A stretch of 63,564 bases of DNA, filler included, from Collodictyon triciliatum (lineage: Eukaryota): assembly GCA_043381765.1 (NCBI GenBank). It is 19 parts of 19 records of this genome, joined end to end, with 100 filler letters (N's around TTAATTAATTAA, not from the genome) between each part and the next. Parts side by side here need not be neighbours in the genome. Positions count along the whole stretch, not along the records: positions 60,275 to 63,564 come from JBHJMP010007516.1; 18 more parts are not named here. One strand, written 5' to 3'. Shown one piece after another: positions 61,119-63,564 of the stretch. The stretch's first letter is position 1. Each line of letters begins with the position of its first letter. The notes beneath the pieces are model-generated. The model searched no databases, was not told the origin of the DNA, and worked only from the letters and a program-made list of their open reading frames with translations. Both the position numbers and the translations under genes were made by a program.

Positions 61119-63173
61119 TCAGATATTGTTCTCCAACTCCAAAATACTTTCTACAGTCGATATCCGAAGCTTCTTCGTTACAAACATGGACCTATCTGGA
61201 TTCTTCCAGTACCCGTACAAGAATCTACACATGAATAGACTCAATGAGAACACGCTACCAGAACATATGCTTCGCAGATTTACAATTTCAATACCACTCC
61301 GCGATACTGCTTTGTTTTCCCCAAACATAGACCCGTATCCAACTTTGCACAAAATGCTTGTCAAGAAGCCAAGTATGATGTATATTACAGAATACCAAGT
61401 CAGCTTTCTCAGGTGTGGTGGGAAGGAGTCAATGAGCATAAACCATTGTGCTGTAAAGAAAATAAATACCCAGATGACGCATCTGTAATCCATCCCGATT
61501 AATGTAAAACCACTTACCACCATTTGAACTCCAAGTCATGTAACGTACCAATAATCAAATGACCGAATCATTCTTCTTGCCATCAGGATATTGGATGTCA
61601 AAAGAATTTGAGTGGAAAAGTTGAATACTGAAAGGGACATCCAGAAGGCAATGAAATATCCAATCCTGTGATTGAAATCGTACCCAAAAACCATCAACCC
61701 AAATATTACCAACGAAGAAAATCCTATAAGCAGAAATACGTAGTGATAAGTTGTCGAATTCAATATCCGGCGAATAACCGGTAATCTGTCTCTCACAAAA
61801 TAGTGGTAAACTGTTTGCCGTTGATCGAGAGACATCACTATCTTTTTAGGAATTCCAATCACAAGATAGTCCCGGGGATTTTCTTTTGCATAACCAGGCA
61901 AGGCAGCCCTGGAATCTCTTACACTGATTTCCCTTTCGTTATTTCCACTATTTTCCCCAAGCTGTACTGAGGTGAATTGGTTTGATAAAGAACTGCCTGG
62001 CTCCACCTCTTTGCTAAATGGATATATTCTTTTCTTAATCGTTGATGTACTATCTTCATTTGCTCCGACTTCTATTCGAAACGCCTTCGAGAAAAATGGC
62101 GTGATGTTGGACATGAGTCTAGACGTTGTTTTCGTTATCACATAGTTATCCTCCAATAGAGCCATAATCCCAGGGTCTCTATAAAGTTTGAAAATCAAGA
62201 CTCTGTTGAAATAAACGAATAAGACACCAGCACTATCGGATATTTGTGTTCTTACATTTATAACCAACCCAAACCACATTTCTATACTTTCACTCTTACT
62301 CTCAAGCTTTATGGATGGAATTTTGATCAGAAAAATAACTAATAGTAGGTTAGTACATCCAAAGACGAAATATAATTTGATTAAATGACTCCTCAAAATG
62401 ACATATGAGTCGACCAGAATCAAAAAGAGCGTGCTTGTGAACCAATGAATGCATACGCACAATATAGTGACGTCCCATTTCCAAAAATATAGAGCACTTA
62501 TGCTCAGCACCATCGAATGTGAAAATAGAAACCAAAAATTAAACGAGCTTAACACGAGCTTTAATGCGCTTAAATTCACAAAAGTCAGCTGAAAGAAAAC
62601 GAAATACAATGTGAATACTATTTGGGCACCGATAAACGAATTACTGGGCATCAAATCAACGTCAAAAAAGAGACACAGTCCAATGGCACTGAATCCAAGC
62701 CAAGACAAGTTTGTGAGAAGGGTGACTGTATAGTTTTTCCATACCCATTTGTAGAGAAAATCGAGTGTCTTTGCATTCAAAATTTTTGCGTAAATTGTGT
62801 TCCTTTTCTTAATCACATGTAGGTTTGGATGTAGCGTTAACTGAATATTTACAAGGTTTCTACTTACTCTTTGGTGATTGTACCCTTGTGCTTGGGGTTC
62901 ATGCAGATTTGATTCATCGGCCATCTCAGACCCACACTTCGCTAGGGAGCCCATTTTTTCATCGGAGACAAAGGAAACGGTTTTCATGGAACCCCCTTGC
63001 TCGTGAGTATCACTTATGTTGCTAAAATTTTCGCTCACCGGGGTTTCTTCCGTCGAGTCATTCTTTTCTCCTTCTTTCACAAATGTAGAGTTCTCTAATT
63101 CTTCAATTTCAAGGTCAAGTCCGACTCCATTTCTGATCTCATCACTTTCCTCTGGCCCCTGGTTCGGCTCCAT
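61119..63173 (-). CDS. Intronless multi-pass membrane protein with two internally repeated TM domains and one in-frame TGA at 61536-61538
   Basis: The 545-aa and 134-aa ORFs share a frame (..WYVT*LGVQMVVS..). Repeated motifs: SSFNFWFL..LVDSY and RSFDYWYV..LIDSF. Confidence 0.75.
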
Positions 63174-63564
63174 TTCGCAGGCAGATAGTCACCAATCTTG
63201 GCTGCTGCGTGATTATTCCCCGATATACCTGAATGGCTGCATCAATCAATACACGAAACGTGGCGCTGACGAGCTCTAACTGACCGTGTATTTTCTTCAT
63301 TTCCACACAGGTATCGCAATCAAATCATTAATATGAACAAGGGAGAGGGGTGAAGTCTAATGATGTATAATAACGCTGATGAAAGGAGGCGATCGCGCAC
63401 ACGTGTTGGTAAAATGAAGGAAATATATTATTGTTATTGTTTTTATTGTTTTTATTGTTGTTATTGTTTTTATTGTTTTTATTGTTTTTATTGTTTTTAT
63501 TGTTTTTATTGTTTTTATTGTTTTTATTGTTTTTATTGTTTTTATTGTTTTTATTGTTTTTATT

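Noticed and set aside
21132-61538. Alternative genetic code suggested by several in-frame stops
   Set aside because: The stops align to different expected residues (Tyr, Leu, Trp, Gly, Glu/Gln), RidA also has frameshifts, and intact genes end in TAA (PIG-U, COX5B) and TGA (RanBP9/10-like, PiT). Pseudogenisation explains this better.

Overview
AT-rich microbial eukaryote (protist-like; GT-AG introns, mitochondrial COX5B). The window is not one locus. It is 19 unlinked contigs of about 3.3 kb (one is 2.4 kb) joined by 100-bp N-TTAATTAATTAA-N spacers, so neighbours across spacers imply no linkage. Intron-rich housekeeping genes: PIG-U, RanBP9/10-like SPRY-CTLH protein, ALG9, COX5B, a PiT phosphate transporter, WDR27-like, a U-box protein and an FSH1/OVCA2 first exon. 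Decaying intron-containing copies: TTC7/YPP1-like, RidA and an NHL-repeat protein. There is also a Helitron helicase fossil and two 3' ends of a LINE-like element. Highlights: (1) an intronless Polinton-like-virus capsid module (major capsid, penton, small basic protein) at 56885-60174; (2) a prokaryote-type class 1B dihydroorotate dehydrogenase fused to a PyrK-like domain and carrying at least 10 introns (7073-9938); (3) an intronless gene with 14 near-identical WD40 repeats, hypervariable at ligand-face positions, followed by Sel1-like repeats, resembling an NLR-type receptor (51014-54304); (4) several 16-23 bp insertions of the LINE 3' tip, each flanked by a 13-19 bp target-site duplication, one of which duplicates a splice donor. 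Family calls come from my own manual translation and motif recognition, not from database searches.
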